Made by a program: the position numbers and the translations under genes. From an uncultured Spirochaetota bacterium (GTDB lineage Bacteria > Spirochaetota > Spirochaetia > SZUA-6 > Fen-1364): a stretch of DNA of 64,000 nt. Of the stretch, positions 61,516 to 64,000 are shown one piece after another (positions within the stretch are counted from its first letter, which is position 1; every line of letters starts with the position of its first letter). The notes under the pieces were generated by a model. That model saw only the letters and a program-made list of their open reading frames with translations, made no database searches and was not told where the DNA came from. The stretch is from positions 32,001-96,000 of the forward strand of contig CAVUXE010000009.1 in the NCBI GenBank assembly GCA_963745235.1. Direction: 5' to 3'.

Positions 61516-62778
61516 ATGAAGAAGCTAACGGTCCTGGCATGCCTGGTCGTGGGGGGGCTCCTGGCGTGCACGTCCACATCCACAAACGATTCGTTTCTTA
61601 TCAAGAATCTGGATGATCAGAGCAAGTCCAGGGCGCTCACGGAAGCCGGGGTCGAAGAGTACGAGGTCCACCTCGTCCACCAGGCAGAGTTCGAAAAGAT
61701 CGCGGACATCAAGAACTACTTCGTCGTTGCCCTCAAGTACGATTCGACCAACGCTCGCGCCCAGCAATACCTGTCCCTGGTGGATGACTACAAGAATGCC
61801 CAGCTGCGGACGAACCTCAGGGCGGCCTCCCGAGCGCTTCAGAAGCCCAAGCGCAGTGACGACGAGAACTACGCCATTTTCGTGGCTCTTCAGACAGCCA
61901 TCAAGATAGATCCGGGAAATGCGGACGCTCAGAAGATGCTCAACGACACGGCTTCGGTGCGTTCGACGCTCATCAACTCCTACCTCGCCAAGGCAAAAGC
62001 CGCAACGGACAAGCTGGACGACAAGAGCCCGGACTCAGTCAAGGAAAAGCAGTACTCGGAGGCTTTCCAGCAGGCTGGCAGGGCGCTGTCCATTGACCCC
62101 TCCAGCTCCGGTGCGCAGGGCCAGCGCAGCTCCGCGCGCTCGGAGCTGGGGAAGCTCGTCACGCGCCGCGTTGAGCTGGCACAGAAGGCCATAGTCGCGG
62201 GCAGCTTCAAGGACGCGAGGAAACAGGTTACGGCGCTCAATGACCTGAACCGGCGCGCCGACAACAGCTTCGACACCGAGGTGCGGCAGGTATCCTACTC
62301 GTTGAACTACAACTGGGCGGTGAGCCTGTTCAACAAGAAGGACTACACGACCGCGGACGTCAAGAACGAGGCGGCCCTTGCCGCGATGAAGACCGATGAG
62401 GCGCGCGCGCTGCGCAGGAAGATAGCGGAGAAGAATGCGCAACCGCAGGCGGTCGCGGTGTCGTTCGACACGTCGCTGCAGGACATCGACAGCTTGATCA
62501 GTGCCGGAGAGCTGGTGGCGGCGCACCGAAAGGTGAACTCGCTGGCCAAGGTGACAAAGGACCCGGCGAACATGCAGCAGCTGGACAGCAGGAATGAACA
62601 GATCCTGTCCAACCTGAAAGACCTGTACGACAAGGGCGTTGACGCCTACCGCAACGAGGATTTCAAGACTGCCATCGATCTGCTGCAGACCGTCGTCGCC
62701 ATCCAGGTAGACTATGAGCAGGCCTCCGACTACCTGGACAAGGCCCGGTCCAAGCAGAAATTGCTCGAGCAGTTCTGA
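61516..62778 (+). CDS. TPR-like helical-repeat lipoprotein
   Basis: Lipobox LLAC; repeated AL..DP.N..A TPR-like turns. Confidence 0.75.
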   Translation: MKKLTVLACLVVGGLLACTSTSTNDSFLIKNLDDQSKSRALTEAGVEEYEVHLVHQAEFEKIADIKNYFVVALKYDSTNARAQQYLSLVDDYKNAQLRTNLRAASRALQKPKRSDDENYAIFVALQTAIKIDPGNADAQKMLNDTASVRSTLINSYLAKAKAATDKLDDKSPDSVKEKQYSEAFQQAGRALSIDPSSSGAQGQRSSARSELGKLVTRRVELAQKAIVAGSFKDARKQVTALNDLNRRADNSFDTEVRQVSYSLNYNWAVSLFNKKDYTTADVKNEAALAAMKTDEARALRRKIAEKNAQPQAVAVSFDTSLQDIDSLISAGELVAAHRKVNSLAKVTKDPANMQQLDSRNEQILSNLKDLYDKGVDAYRNEDFKTAIDLLQTVVAIQVDYEQASDYLDKARSKQKLLEQF

Positions 62779-62829
62779 CCACGCGAGGAGCGCCCGGCTC
62801 AGGTGCTCCCGCCCGAGGAGAAGGACGCT

Positions 62830-64000
62830 ATGAAGAACAGGTCCAGGCTGGGTTACCACGCCGCGGAAATTGCTTTTGCCGTCATCCTGATTGTCTGGTA
62901 CCTCCTCCCCTATTTCAGCCCGGTTCTGGGAGGCTTCAATCCGCTTCAGCTGGCCGGATCTCTGTACGGCTCCCCTCCCCGCCAGCCCGGGGCGTGGCTG
63001 GTCCTGGTCATCATCGCCTGGCTGGTACCCGTGATCTGCCTGTGGAAGATCGCCGCCTTTTTCCTCAGGGACCGGGTGCCTATCGTAGCCGAACCGACGC
63101 TGCCCCTCTCCATCCTGATGAACGTCGTTTCTTCAGCGCTCGTCGTGGCGATGCTCGTGATCCACGTGATCGCTTTCGCGGCCAGCGCCCGCTATTTCGA
63201 GGCATTCCACCCCGTCACCTACGTGGTTCTCGTCCTCTCCCTCGGGTTCAATGCTTTCTCCCTCGTGAACCTGATCATGAGCTTGAGCAAGCGTGACCCC
63301 TTCTACCAGGAATACCTGGAGTTCCGCCGGGCAGGCGAAGAAAGCGGAAATGGGGACGGACGCGCGCAGGGAGTCCTTTCCGTTGTTCCCCGCCAGGGAA
63401 TCCAGAGACGACTGATCCTCACGTTTGTCCCCCTCATCCTGGTGGTGATCGTGGTCTTGTCGTTTGTGCTCCTGAACAACTTCAAGGGCACGATCCAGGA
63501 TGCAGTCTTTGCAAACGGACAGAGCGTGACTGAAAGCGCGGCCACCGAGGTCAAGGCGAACCCGACGGATCGGATTGCGCTGGACGACTATTTCCTCGCC
63601 GCAGCCAGGAAGAACAGCGCCGCATCAGGGTCGGGAGCTTCTTTTCGCTTCAACACGCTTTCCTTCTACCGGAGGGATTCCAAGGCCGGGGACTTTGTGC
63701 TCTGGTCCGGCACCGACTCCAAGATGATCGGGCAGAGGGTGAAGCTGGACACGACCCTGACGCAGGGAATATCCCGGTACAACCCGCAGGCGAAGGTCTA
63801 CGAGTTCCTTGCCCCCGTCCTCCTCAGCAACGTCTTCATCGGCTACGTGATGGTGGACTATGCCCGCGATGTGATCTACGAGCCGTATTTCCGCACGCAG
63901 GTGAAAGTCTTCGTGATAGCAGCGCTGTTCATGTACGCCTCCGTCTTTCTCATCTACCTCTTTGGAAGGAACATCGTGTTCCCCATCCTGTTCCTGAGGA
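62830..64000 (+). CDS. Multi-TM sensor protein, 3'-truncated (probably HAMP-linked cyclase, kinase or phosphatase)
   Basis: Manual translation from MKNRSRLGY is open to the window end: ~4 TMs, then TM-extracytoplasmic domain-TM, ending GRNIVFPILFL (HAMP-start-like). Confidence 0.7.
   Translation, partial: MKNRSRLGYHAAEIAFAVILIVWYLLPYFSPVLGGFNPLQLAGSLYGSPPRQPGAWLVLVIIAWLVPVICLWKIAAFFLRDRVPIVAEPTLPLSILMNVVSSALVVAMLVIHVIAFAASARYFEAFHPVTYVVLVLSLGFNAFSLVNLIMSLSKRDPFYQEYLEFRRAGEESGNGDGRAQGVLSVVPRQGIQRRLILTFVPLILVVIVVLSFVLLNNFKGTIQDAVFANGQSVTESAATEVKANPTDRIALDDYFLAAARKNSAASGSGASFRFNTLSFYRRDSKAGDFVLWSGTDSKMIGQRVKLDTTLTQGISRYNPQAKVYEFLAPVLLSNVFIGYVMVDYARDVIYEPYFRTQVKVFVIAALFMYASVFLIYLFGRNIVFPILFLR

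Overview
GC-rich bacterial chromosome segment spanning the replication origin of a spirochaete (Spirochaetia-like). Evidence for the lineage: gyrB divergent from dnaA-dnaN-recF-dciA-rpmH-rnpA-yidD-yidC-jag, L34 with a DEKKPY tail, and tRNA-Arg with a GCG anticodon. Most genes are housekeeping: lon, pncB, dcd, gap, purA, gyrBA, nrdDG, parAB, six tRNAs, SRP RNA, dnaX-ybaB-recR, gatCAB-aspS, and a split purH-glyA-acsE-like-folD cluster. No CRISPR array, prophage or intact IS was seen. Several core genes carry single-base indels that look like long-read assembly errors. The most interesting items are: (1) a free-standing 107-aa single-motif LAGLIDADG protein next to gyrA with the only parS-like palindrome I found lying just upstream; (2) GatB fused in-frame to an apparently catalytically degenerate asparaginase/GatD-like domain, in an operon with a non-discriminating AspRS; (3) a family of short hairpins with CA(N)GGA(U/C)G loops resembling CsrA/RsmA sites, in the tRNA spacers and just after dnaA; (4) a CNNM/CBS transporter fused to a PTS EIIA domain; (5) a MinD/FlhG-like ATPase with a ~300-aa insertion. 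All assignments are from motif recognition by eye; no database searches were run.
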